A DNA stretch of 63,688 nt, counting the filler, from Collodictyon triciliatum (lineage: Eukaryota): the NCBI GenBank assembly GCA_043381765.1. It is 7 parts of 7 records of this genome, joined end to end, with 100 filler letters (N's around TTAATTAATTAA, not from the genome) between each part and the next. Parts side by side here need not be neighbours in the genome. Positions count along the whole stretch, not along the records: positions 41,644 to 55,522 come from JBHJMP010001923.1; positions 55,623 to 58,468 come from JBHJMP010002031.1; positions 58,569 to 61,990 come from JBHJMP010002032.1; positions 62,091 to 63,688 come from JBHJMP010002092.1; 3 more parts are not named here. One strand, written 5' to 3'. A model generated the notes under the pieces. The model was not told the origin of the DNA, searched no databases, and was given only the letters and a program-made list of their open reading frames with translations. Each line of letters begins with the position of its first letter. Positions within the stretch are counted from its first letter, which is position 1. The position numbers and the translations under genes are program-made. Shown piece by piece: positions 51,501-63,688 of this stretch.

Positions 51501-53471
51501 TTCCTTGTTGGGAATAAGAGCATAGTAGAAATCTTATAGTTACCACGTTTTCTTTAGTGGCATTATTCTTTCACATTCTCTTTTGTGGCATGATTGTTTT
51601 TAATTATTTATTATTGCCTCATATATTTTCAGGCCACTTTCAAATTCCCATTTCACCTGATGGCGTTTTGAAAATCAAGTTCCGTCGAAATGATGGACAT
51701 TAGATTCACAACCCGACTGCATTGGGAGACTTGCAAGAACGACACCAGCAGGAGATAAGAAATTAAAAAAAATTCAAACTTTATACTCACACCCAGCTTT
51801 TCCTGTTATTTTATTTAGGAACATGTTAACTCAGGTACATGACAAAGTTAATCAAAATGATGTTTTGAGAAATCTTTTTTTTTTTTCAGGATTGACCCAT
51901 GTTTTAAGTTGCAATAGATTTGGGCGCAAAGCGTGTGAGACATGGTATTGTATTATATTGTTTGTTTTGTTTGTTATTCAGGGGCACCCAATATAGTATG
52001 AATCATGGCCTGTGCTAGGGTTAGGCGAGGGTCAGGCTAGGGTTGGGGCTGCAAGGGTTGGAGCCGTATGGGCCAGCACGTGTTGTGGAAAGGCCAGATA
52101 TGGCATAGATGGGCCTTATGTGGTATTAGATGGGGCCAAAGATATGGTACCTGAGCAAGTTAGGTAGTTTGGACAGATTTTTTTTTGTGATGGTGGGTAA
52201 GCAGGAAGGAAGGCTGTGCTGTGTGTATAGGTAGTTGGGGTGTTATTATAGAGCAAACAGTCACTACCGAAAATGGAAGCAGATGGTGTGGCGTGGGAGG
52301 GAGACAAGGGGCGCAAAACCGTACATAGGCGGCAGAGAGGATGACAAGCGAAGAAGCGCAGCATATCGAAGAAGGTGATGAAGCAAAAGCAAGGAAGCAG
52401 AGGTGGGAAGCAAGAGACACGGGTGCATGGTGTGGAAGGCAGATGGGAACAATGGGATAAAGTGCAAATATATGGCAATTGGCGTGCTGATTGATGTGGA
52501 TAGAGTAGAAATGATGAGAAACTCTCAGAATTATGCAAATAAATATGAATTGATATGAGTTGGTAGGGAATGACACGCATTGATATGAGTAATGCTGTGC
52601 AAGATAATATGCAGTACATGCATAAAAAATTAAAATCGCAGATAATAGATTAATAGTATAGCACATCATCTACGATTGATACTGACTTTTTTAATTTTCA
52701 TGTTACTTTTGTTGCATCAATAATTTTTATTTATGTTCATAGCGTATTAGGTTGATTCTATTATTCGGAATTCGAGGAAGTTAATTACAACGACGCTGAT
52801 ATATTTCTAGTGAATAAGTTGGCCTCAAGACTTTTCATGCTAATGGATATGTAGAATCTTATATGTCAAAAGAAATACTAGACCGTGTGATTTGTTTTTT
52901 ATATTATTTTAAAATCAAATCTTATGCGCAATTGTTATTGTCCGATGAAATCTGGCCATGAATGATGTTGAAGTCTAGAATCTAGGTTATTGTAGCAATA
53001 TATGTGATGAGATTATTATTGATACTTACTAGGCGCATAGGAGGGAATCCTAAATTCAGTTCCTGCTCCGACCTGACATGTAGCCCAATCCGACTTGTGT
53101 CACTACTTTGTAGCGAAGGCACAACTGTATTATTGGGCTGTAGAAGAAAAGGGAATGCATCAAATACAAAACCTCCGTCATTTTGGACAAATTGAAAGGA
53201 AGAAGAAAAATGAAAAAGTAATAGAAAGGCAATTTTGGTAAATCAAAATAATGCACAGAATGGCTATGCACATGTTATTTATTAAGATATATCGAACTTT
53301 AGGACGGTGTAGGTAGGTTAAATATAGGGATGCGCTAACGATTAATTGACAAAAAAATTTTAATTATCGATGAGTTTTATGTTCAACTTTATGTAACCAG
53401 TTCATTTTTTGTATGGCATAACCTCGCTGCACTTTGAATCGAATAAAGGAAAAATATGTAACCAGTTCATC

Positions 53472-53526
<55 letters not shown>
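53472..53526. repeat. (ATT)n microsatellite
   Basis: Visible directly; gives the poly-Y ORF. Confidence 0.95.
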
Positions 53527-55522
53527 TGTGTGTATCAGCAACACCATCATTAATGCGTAAATATTGTGATTTTTTTTTAAACAAAAATCGTGTATGGGCT
53601 GCGTTATCATTGTTGGCTCTTGAAGACCGCGATTACGCTTGCAGTGTGCAGTGGTTTATTGATATCTCAAAATCTTATTTTGCATCATTTGTGAATGACT
53701 TATTAAGAAGAGTCGAATATTTGAGTAAATCAAGTATCCCATTATTATTATTTGAGACGAAATGGATATAATATAAAATGAGTATATTCATGGTTCGTGA
53801 AATACATTTATTTGTATAATTCATGTTTAGCATTTGATTATGTTTAAAAAAAATCCAGTATGATGAAAGTGAATAACTAGTTTTTGTGCCGGAAATATGG
53901 TTTATACTGCGCTACATATTACATATTGGTCTTTGTGATTGATGGCTTACAGAAAAATGACTAGGCAAATTTTACTAGAAAGAAACTGTTAATGAATTTT
54001 ATTTTATTGAACCTTAGTTATCTTTGATATATTTGTTTACTTTTTAAAGGGCTGAGTTTGATTATTTGGTACATTTATTTATTTATTTTAAAGCATCAGA
54101 GCGATATAAATTTATTACCCATGGTGACAATAACACGATTTAAAATAGTTTTACCAATATCCTTTGACATGCGTTAAACTTGTGAGCAGGTTTTTTTGGC
54201 ATGCTTAAAATACTTTCGAGAGTTTTTCTCTCTTCATATAGCATTTAGTTGATAGATTAGGGTTTATATATATTAGCAGTGTGGACAAATTTTGGTGATT
54301 TTTTTAATTGTAGTATTTGGCCCAAAATATATGTATGCTTGAGTGAGTATGGCTCGATAGTATTATGATGGCAAGGTAATATCTTATTGCTATTAAGAAT
54401 GGGTATTTTATGTTAAGTTATGGAAAATATCTCTCGGTCCTGCACAAAAGTTGAAAGGAAGAATAAAAAAAAAGTTATGGAAAATATATAATCATTTTTT
54501 AGGTCTATGTTAAAATGTTCCGTGTTTATATGTTTTTATACTTGAAGACATAATTTGGTGTTTTGTCTAGCTCACCTCTTTATCAATTTGTGTTTCATCA
54601 TGCTATTTATTTGTTTAATTATTGATGTATGATTAAATGGTTAAAAATAACTTGGTTTGCTAGACATATTTTTGGTCTTGAGTCAATTTATTTTCCATCG
54701 GCCATATTCTAATGCACATACCCATAACATAGCGAATACGTATCGATACTTGAATGATGATGGACATGATTAAACTTAAAGATTTGTAATCTCCTAAGGC
54801 ACAAAAATAGTCCTACACTTAAGTCGGTGATACTGAATGTGAAAATGGAAGTCGTGTACAGTGCTGCTTGAAAATACCGAACTATTTGGCGAAAATACAC
54901 TTACCCTAGCTTACCTACCCCAATTTATTTGAACTTGATTATGAGCCGTCGTGCTTAAATAATTCCATATTTTAAAAAAGTGTCGTAGAATAAAATTGGT
55001 TAGCAGATTACAATCTTAAAATAAATAAAATATCTTTTATCACAAGATTTTATAATGAGGATATGTAAATCAATTGCTCACAGATACATATGACTTGAGG
55101 TATGCTTCACGGATGGCTGTGCATATCTGCTACATAGTATGTAAGATAAGCAGTGGGTGGCAGTTTGTAACATCGCTAGTTACCGTTTTATTCCAGCCTT
55201 CTCTGTTGTCAAATATTGATAAATGCTACAATAGCATAATTATCATTTTTTTAATATAGGACGGTGATAAGGTTTATAAAAGGATTTTGTCGGGATATTA
55301 TGTTATGACTGAACAACTATAAACCTCAAATCATTACTTCAATAAAAGCATAACAGAAAGTGTAGATGAGCAAAGAAGAGAGAGAAAATGAGAAACAAAA
55401 TATATAAATAAATAAAAATATAAAAGAAAACAATAAAAAACAATAAAAAACAATAAAAAAAACAATAAAAAAAACAATAAAAAAAACAATAAAAAAAACA
55501 ATAAAAAAAAACAATAAAAAAA

Positions 55523-55622
55523 NNNNNNNNNNNNNNNNNNNNNNNNNNNNNNNNNNNNNNNNNNNNTTAATTAATTAANNNNNNNNNNNNNNNNNNNNNN
55601 NNNNNNNNNNNNNNNNNNNNNN
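55523..55622. other. Artificial contig linker
   Basis: N-run + TTAATTAATTAA + N-run. Confidence 0.98.
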
Positions 55623-55707
55623 TTTTACTGTTATTATTGTTATATCATTATTGTTATTATCATTAGTATCAATATTCCTTAATATCAGAATCAAATTTTT
55701 ATTATAG

Positions 55708-58173
55708 AGACAATCTGTGCCCCACCCCATCGCCCAGCTCTTTGTGCGCATTTCGATTTTTGGAATGATTCACGTCTTCTACTATCCCATGCTTACGGTG
55801 TGTTTTCTTTTTATAGTTTTCTTTATGTAATCACATCCAATTAGAATCTCCATCCAACGTCTCGTTTTGTTAGAGCCTGATGGGTATCATGAACTGTGTT
55901 TCGTTTGAGGACCATTATGTCATCTCTGGAAACGAGAATATTCGGTGCTTTGAAGGCTCGCATATGGGACTGTTTTTTCTGTCGATGATTACGTGTGTCT
56001 TGTTCATCACGTTCGCATATGCTGCCTCACTGATGTATGACTTCTCGTTTTACATTAAAATATTATTCATTACTGAATCACATAAAATATCTTACAATTA
56101 CGTCGTTGTTTTTTTTTTTTTTTTTTTGTTTACCGTCCTTTTACATATGCTACATAGATATTTTGATGCTGCCCCAATGAGCCGCAAATACCTTTCGCGT
56201 CCAATTAGCCGACAAGAGTGCTTCATGTTGTTTTACAAAAAATGTTCGTTGATTATTTCATCGTTATTCTTCGGTAGTGTGCTTCAATCGTTACATTACT
56301 TTCCGTAATGATCGGCGCCTCTTTGATTTGTCTGGCTTGTCATACCCCATGTACCTTCGTTTAAAGAGCGACCAGATGGTTTGTTCTTTTCGACGAAATG
56401 AAGGGAACCTTCTTTTAACTCTTATCTTTCATACATATAATTTAGTTTAAATCGCACTAAAATTATATTTAGCGCTTGCTTCCTGTTTGGTGTTTGGAAT
56501 ACATGGACAGCCTTGATTTGTCTGGTTACACAAACCAAGGGGTAATAGTGTTGCGGTGCGTTTTCGGTTTACATGGTTGGGATTCCCCTGGCATGGCTCA
56601 ACATGGTATCTCGCAGGTTTTTTTTTAACAAAAAAACGAATATTTGTTGCATGTTCACAGATATTGGATTAAACTCATGAATCTCAGAACGAAGTTGACG
56701 ATAATTTTGTATCTTGTTGTATGATGTGCAGGAAGAAAGCATGCTTGTTGTTGAATGAGTGACATAATGGAGAACGAAACGTTGCGGCCGTTGACCAAAA
56801 AGTGTTGACATCCCTTATGGTCGAACTTTCGACCCCGAACGCATTAAATCCATGGAAAGGACAAGTGACACAGCTACGTAGACGTTTCACCTTTTCTCCA
56901 TTCTGTCAATAATTATACATTTGTGTCTTTTTACTCATCGTCAATTTTTTTTTACAAACGTGAGGTGGAAACAACAAAATACCTCTACAACAAGGCGTGA
57001 AAAAGTGTCCTAGCTCCATTTATGTTCGAACTAATTACTTGTCTCTACTGTGGCTATATACACCACAGGACCGAGCGCGAATCCAGATGCCACGGTCACG
57101 CTTGGTATGTTTTCCAGTATTTATCCTGGCTTCTTTTCCCTCCCTAGTTTTCATCCCTTTTGAAATTGCATTATTTTAATACATCCTTACTTAAAAAAGC
57201 GACGATTTAAATTCCATGGATAAATGATGTGCGTAAGTAAAGATGAATTTCGGAAAAAAAACAAGGTTTTGGATGCAGAAGATCTACAATTTGAATGAAC
57301 GATACCTCTCCTTTTATCTGCGAAAATTTGCGCAAGACATGGAACAAAGTCATGGATGCCTCCTTCCACTCTCTCTTTGTCTCCGCCCTTTCTCAACTCT
57401 ACCTATTTTCCATTTAATTGATAAATATAGCATTGTAATTTACTACCGTCACTCTCCTCTTTACGCATTGATCGATTGTTCGTTTGATTAATGGAAATGA
57501 AACATGTTCTTTTTGATTAACACAGACTGTTCCTATGAAATATTTCTTGACCGAATGATACCAGAATGCAGTACATTTCCTTAACACGACATCTCTTCCT
57601 TTCCATCCATACTTTCTTTTTTTTTTTTTTGATGAACACTACAAAAAAAATTCTTTCCGGTCACATTTTTTGGCACCAAAAATTAACCAGGGGTTTGGGG
57701 ATTCACTGAATGATGGAGATGCATCACTGACGTTATGTTCCTCAAGGCGTCAATTTTATTGTCAAGTAAAAAAACAGTATAAAATTGTCTTTCTTGTACC
57801 TTTCCTGAAAGGGAATGATTTTATCAACACATATTCATGATTTTCCCCTTTATTCGTACAATACCAAACAAGATCTCTTATCCCAAATTTTTTTCCATCA
57901 GGCACTATACCAACGGACGGGAAATGCCTTCCTTGAATTCTGGAGACAACATGGCTTAGCTCGTATTACTTGATGCGATGATATTGAAAGGCAATGCAGA
58001 AGATTTTGAAGCTATTTAGAACAAGGACTCTTCTGTTTGAGTCGATTATGCGAAGTTCTCGCATCGGTGAAGTTATGGCGCTCGTTTGGCCAGTTTGGAT
58101 GGATATTTCAACAATGGATGTTGTGCAAACGATTCTTTTCGCTTGGCGATGAAATTCGAAGAGGAGGAGGCCA
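55708..58173 (+). pseudogene. Fragment of a TmcB/TmcC-like (tiny macrocysts family) membrane protein gene, apparently disrupted
   Basis: Exon-like pieces: FYYPML, NIRCFEGSHMGLFFLS, LSRPISRQE, QGVKKCPSSIYVRTNY, LNERYL, FRLAMKFEEEE. These follow the TmcB-like N-terminal TM and TPR-like layout. In-exon frameshifts/stops occur near 56290 and 58040-58070. Confidence 0.55.
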
Positions 58174-58468
58174 GGTTATTAATTGATGTACTTATGTGGC
58201 ATGAATGATGACCCAGTGCAAATATTTCTTACAGAATAAAAAAAAAAAAAAGGGGCAAAAAAGCAAAAAGGCAAAAAAGAAAAAGCAAAACGCAAAAGTA
58301 TTAAAGAAAAATTAAAAAATCTACATAATAAGTCTCACAAACAATTTACCTAATATTTGTAACTTTCATAATAACAAAACACAAAACAAAAAAAGGGCAC
58401 GCAAAAGCGAGGTTTGAGGGAGCTAACAACGGGACGCAATCAAGCCATCCTATGATATCTGAGACCAC

Positions 58469-58568
58469 NNNNNNNNNNNNNNNNNNNNNNNNNNNNNNNN
58501 NNNNNNNNNNNNTTAATTAATTAANNNNNNNNNNNNNNNNNNNNNNNNNNNNNNNNNNNNNNNNNNNN
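58469..58568. other. Artificial contig linker
   Basis: N-run + TTAATTAATTAA + N-run. Confidence 0.98.
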
Positions 58569-58657
58569 TGTTTTCATTTTGTTTTCATTTTGTTTTCATT
58601 TTGTTTTCATTTTTTCTTTCATTTTTTCTTTGTAATCGTGTCTGGTAGCATATCCTA

Positions 58658-60606
58658 CTTTTCCTTAAGGACAGGGAGCGGGTTCGGGTTTGTCTTTGAG
58701 TATGTGGTTGTTGCTGACCAAGAACTCAAGTACGTGATGTAATCGGAAATGGTCATCTCTTTCTCCATAAACAAGCCGATTCTGTGTGAGCAAATGAAAA
58801 TAATAACGGGGCTCACAGATTACATTATCATGCACTACTCATCATGAAAAGACTTCACTATATGCTCTCTATGTACAGGAGATAAAATAGAAAAACTATG
58901 ACATCCGTTTTTATATTCAATAGTCATGAATATAACTGTTTAACCTTGAGGTATTAGAGAAAGGAGGAACGATACTACGGTATTCATCATCGAGCATTTG
59001 ACGACGGTCCGACCAATATCCATCGAGTGTGACAGAGTAGTACTTTGGAATGATGGTTTCAGTTTAAAAACACATATAGCCAACTGTAGTACTTCGAAAA
59101 AAATGATATACACCGACAAGGAGAATAGCTCAAGAAATCATGGGTATATTATGGGACTAAAATAGATATGTAGAAAATGTCTTGAAGTAAAAAAAAAAAA
59201 CTACCTCGCGAAGAATGGCATCAGCTTTTTCGTGGTCAAACATATTAAGTCCATAACCCCACATCTAAATTTAAAGTAAAATAATCAAGTTCTCTTTCAA
59301 TACCCTCATTCAATTTAAACAATCAGGTAATAATGCCATCAGTTCACAATAAACAAGACATCCCCTAAAATAAAGTAAATTGGCACAAACATATTCTTCA
59401 TCTATATTATCTCTGAATTAAACACTTTAAAAGTGACTATCATACCGCCAAAACGCCTCCGGGAACTAGAACACGATTCACTTCCTTGTAAAATACGTCA
59501 AAATCGAACCAGTGGGCCGCCTGGCCGATTGTTACCAAGAAAAATTATGGGCGTTATTTTAGATTGTTTTGCTATTTTAATAACTTAAATCTATCTTCAA
59601 ATGGACTTTCTAAAGAACCATGTGGCACATTATGAAGAGGTAATGCTAAATAGTGAGCTTGGCAACCTGAGCAACAGTTATCAAGTGGACTGACTCGTCG
59701 CTTGCTGGTAGTGACTCAGCTGAACCCTTCATAAACGAAACGTTCTCTGTGATGCCACAAGAAAGGAAGGGGTCTTACTGACAAACGCAAATGCGAATAA
59801 AAAAAAGAATTGATTCTGTCTAAAACGTGAATGGTTTTCCAAGCCACGACATAGGGTTTATTTCCTCCGATACAAATAAATCACATATTGAAATAGGTGA
59901 TTCAGGTAACTTCACGAACCCGAAGCTGCCACAGCGTGTTGTATTTGCTGTTCACTCGGGTCTACGGCAATAACCTGAGGAAATTAAAAAAAAAACAGTA
60001 AAATGAATGCTAATAAGGTATGTAAATGAGTCACGAACAACTTATTCACAGGCATGATGTTACCTGCTTTTTGACTGTGGAACCAAAAAAAAAGTTAAAA
60101 ATTCAAGATATAATGGTCGGCTGCTGCTAAAAACAATTAAGAAAACCTTTCCACAAAACTTCGCCAGGTCGTTGGAGGCTTGGCCCGAGCCGGCACCGAC
60201 ATCCAAGCAAACTGTGCGTTACGAACATGAAAAATTAGGCATGTGTGAAGAAACTCCTTCCCTGAAGAAAAATGGTATGGCTCTGCTTTGTGAGGAGCAA
60301 AGAAAGGAAAAGAAAGGAAAGGAAGGGAAGGGAAGGAAGGAAAAGAAGGAAAAGAAGGAAAAGAAAGGAAAGGAAGGGAAAGAAGGGAAAGAAAAGAAGA
60401 GATGAAGGATATCATTATAAAAATAATATTTTACGTCCAATAGAGGCAGATGTGCCTGAAGCGGCGTTGTTTGCCTTGGAGAAGTATGCACGGATGTGCT
60501 CGTATAACTCGGGCGGGTATGTTGGGCGGCTGGCGGAATAGTCATCGGCCTGCTTCGTGAAGAGCGCTGAAAACGGCGCGGTGTTTGATTCGCTGGGTTG
60601 GGACAT
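58658..60606 (-). CDS. Class I SAM-dependent methyltransferase (Methyltransf_11; TMT1/CRG1-like), 3'-truncated
   Basis: FTKQADDYSASRPTYPPELY; motif I VCLDVGAGSGQAS; VIAVDPSEQQI; GSAESLP..SVHLITVAQ|AAHWFDFDVFYKEVNRVLVPGGVLA; YLSSWSA. Confidence 0.9.
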
Positions 60607-61990
60607 AGCCTGGAAGTTTTTGTTCGTGGTTGAGTGGATTGGTGTGTCTTATCTTGTGCTTCGGCAGAGTGGTCGAGTTCTTCTTTTCTTTTCTTCTTGT
60701 CTTGGTTTTACACGGGTTTTAGGCCTTCTTAGTTTTTGGGAAGAAAAAGTATGCGACCTGCCAAAGTGGCGATAAGGTTTGGGATTTTAGTAATGATACC
60801 TTATTTAATTTTTATTATGGAATTAATATTATATATGTAAAAACACTTATATAAAATATATTTTGTATTCAGTAAATATAAATATACAATATGTATAAAA
60901 TGATATTATATTATTCGCATTTGTTCCAGATAGGAGATGAACTTTATCATTCCTTTTTTGGATGACCTTCCTTTCCTCAAGCTCCAAAGACGTACCACCT
61001 GATTTATCGATTTTCAGTGAAAAGTTGGAGCCCTTCGACGGGTAAAAGCTGATGAATCACAGCCTGTGAAGCAGCCGAAGCTGTGATTGAGCCCGCCGAG
61101 TTTGGACGAGGGTTGGGGGCCGGCTCAAGAGTTCTCCGTTTTGGCTCCAGGCTGCAGACTCACAGTTTTCTTTTGAATGTTTTTTTTTTTTTCTGTAGAA
61201 GCCGACTCTCTTGTTGACCGTGACTGTTCCGACGCGGGTGGGTTGAAGAGGAATGAGCCACGCAGCCGGCCGAATCGCGTCGAAGGCGCGGCTCACAAAT
61301 ACGAATACCAACGCAAACCCCAGTGCAAACGCAAACTCTGTCGCATGGAAAACAAACGCGGTATGCTATCATTTCGTCTGCGCTTGTACGTTTTTTCGAG
61401 CCTTATTTTATTTTTCTGTTTTTTTCTGTTTTTCTATTTATTTATTTTTTTTATCTTTTTGATTTAGTCAGAGTTTTCATGCATAGCGTTGATGCTTGCA
61501 AATAGCTTGGGGCATTCCTTTTTTTTTCTTATATTGTAATATCTATCTATCCTTTCTATTTTTCTTATGTTCTTATACCTTCTGCGCTCATAATCTCAGC
61601 TTTATTGCAGCCGAACCTTACACAACACACATCATAGGACACATTGCCTGAGTCAGGGGAAATGGACCAAATCTTTGCCAGTAACTCGATGACTACGTTT
61701 CTGCGCACCCTCGAAGAGCACTTTTTTGAACTTGTTTTTCTCCTCCTCAAGCAAAAGTCCAAGCCTCGAATGGATATGATTGGCGCATATTCCGGGCTCT
61801 TTGCTGACTTTTGGTGTATGTAAAAATACCGCTGATGTACATTCACACCATATTTTTTTAAAATAATAATGTATAACTTTTGTTCCATTTATACCGCACT
61901 TTACTCTGCCTTCCAAAGCATAATAGTTATTGTTGTTTTCGATTCTTAATGTTATATAATCGGGCATGCAGTCTCGTTTCTGATGTGTTT

Positions 61991-62090
61991 NNNNNNNNNN
62001 NNNNNNNNNNNNNNNNNNNNNNNNNNNNNNNNNNTTAATTAATTAANNNNNNNNNNNNNNNNNNNNNNNNNNNNNNNNNNNNNNNNNNNN
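61991..62090. other. Artificial contig linker
   Basis: N-run + TTAATTAATTAA + N-run. Confidence 0.98.
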
Positions 62091-63207
62091 CAAGGAAAGT
62101 CCTGTAGCGAGTGGCGGCGCATGGTAGACGACTCGTGATACAGTTTGTACATGACAGCTCGCACGAGACATTATTGTGGATTCCAAATAAAGGATGAATC
62201 CGTTTTACCCAATAAAGGCCTTTTCCCGAAACCGCATCACCCAACGACAATCCCGTCATCGATCAACGGAAACAGCTCTTTTTTCTATTTTCTTTTCATT
62301 TTTTTTCATTTTCATTTTCATTTATTCTTTTTTTGTTGTTTTTGTTTTTTTTGCCTGATCGATTAACAGTCGGATAAGAAAAGAAATGACACACACAGTC
62401 CAGGCAACCCGTCACGGGACAGGCAGAAATTAGGCAGACGAGAACAGAGTAAGCACATATAACCAAGAGCCCGTGCGTGGAGTTCGTTGGCCCGCGGATT
62501 GATTCTAAACTGCTCCGAGGACCTCCTTTGGAAGCTCCTCGATTGGCAACACCAAACCCAACCTAGAAGATCGAGTTGTTCCGAAGACTCGGACCTGAAA
62601 GCAGACATATGACCCGAAAAAAAATCCTGGCGGCGTTTTTTGTGACCAATGTCCACGTTGGAATCGTACAACGGGCCAGTCTTTTTTTTTTTTTTTTTTT
62701 TCAACTTGAGTGGTAATAATATAGCAAGGGCTCTTTTTGGTTGTCTTTTGTTTTGTTTTTGTTTTGTTGTTTTAATTCCTCTTTATATGAGTGACACACC
62801 TATAGTCGAACGGCAACGAGGAGTCCCAGCGTTGGCCTCGCTGGCACCAAGTCGCGGCGAATATGCCGTGGTCTGTGACTTAAGCCACAGGAAAGAGAGA
62901 GAGAACGGTGAGGAAACACGTCGGTTTCGTTTTTCGTTTCACTGGAGTTTCTCGACGTAACAGTTTGCAAGTGGCCCTCTTGTGAATCAGGGACTAATAA
63001 TTATTTTGGTAATATATACAATCTGTTAGCCCGTGCAGGGGGCATATGGGCGCCCAAACCGCCTCGTTTCGATGATGTATGTGCAACCACACCACGCTAC
63101 CGGAACAAGCACTACCCCGTATCACCGCGCATACACCCCCACCACCCGCGCTCGTATAATTAATTTTGGATTAAAGCGTCGCTATGTTCTCTAGGGTCGT
63201 ATTCGAC

Positions 63208-63458
63208 ATTCTTTTCTTTTCTTTTCTTTTCTTTTCTCTTCTTTACTTTTCTTTACTTTACTTTACTTTACTTTACTTTACTTTACTTTCTTTAATTTAC
63301 TTTTACTTTAATTTAATTACTTTACTTTACTTTACTGTTACTTTACTTTACTTACTTTACTTACTTTACTTTTACTTTACTTTATTTATCTTTACTTCTT
63401 ACTTTACATTTTCTTTTCTTTTCTTGTTCTTTTCATTTTCTTTTCTTTTCTTTTCTTT
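63208..63458. repeat. Compound (CTTTT)n/(CTTTA)n low-complexity tract
   Basis: Visible directly; explains the hydrophobic ORF 63184-63543. Confidence 0.9.
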
Positions 63459-63688
63459 TAATTGCAAACAACACCAGAATTGTGCTTTTTTTTTTGGTCT
63501 CATACTGTGGCATCTTTCTTTATTTTTTTTGTTTAAGTTCTGAAATGTCTAATTCACTATTGAATCGCCACAGAACGGTCTTCTTCATTTTCGATCAGTG
63601 CATCTCGGTTAGTCATCTTTATAATGTTCCTCTTTTTATTTTATTTTTCATTTGCCTTCGAGGCAACTCTTACAACATATCAATATAT

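Noticed and set aside
61049-61095. Hammerhead ribozyme at CTGATGA plus stem
   Set aside because: The stem is followed by TGAG rather than the conserved GAAA, and no stem III/NUH cleavage site is evident.
61565-63160. ORFs 61565-61967 and coding-like patches in 62091-63160
   Set aside because: Fragmentary, next to contig ends, interrupted by stops, and no family recognised.

Overview
Intron-rich, AT-rich, microsatellite-rich eukaryotic DNA. It is probably from an amoebozoan protist, inferred from a Dictyostelium-type STAT, a TmcB-like remnant and TM-RGS genes. The window is not one locus. Seven contigs are joined by artificial 100-nt N-TTAATTAATTAA-N linkers (13788, 27666, 41544, 55523, 58469, 61991), so adjacency across linkers is not evidence of linkage. 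Spliced genes reconstructed by hand: insulysin/IDE, a TM+RGS protein (partial), a cyclic-nucleotide-gated channel, ribophorin II, an LRR/Cys-rich/multipass membrane receptor with one LRR per exon, FAM32A, a STAT-like SH2 protein, TAF10 (partial) and a class I methyltransferase (partial). The most notable element is a decayed Fanzor1-type (eukaryotic TnpB/OMEGA) RNA-guided nuclease gene at about 14666-16641. It has hairpins at its 3' end where an omegaRNA is expected and no adjacent transposase, and it appears to lie inside an unusually long spliceosomal intron of a host gene. Contig 41644-55522 has no gene I could show to be intact. It holds a duplicated tRNA-Gly/membrane-protein pseudogene/tRNA-Ala unit, a decayed RLE-type non-LTR retrotransposon and a probable TM-RGS pseudogene. 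All family calls come from remembered motifs; no database search was run.
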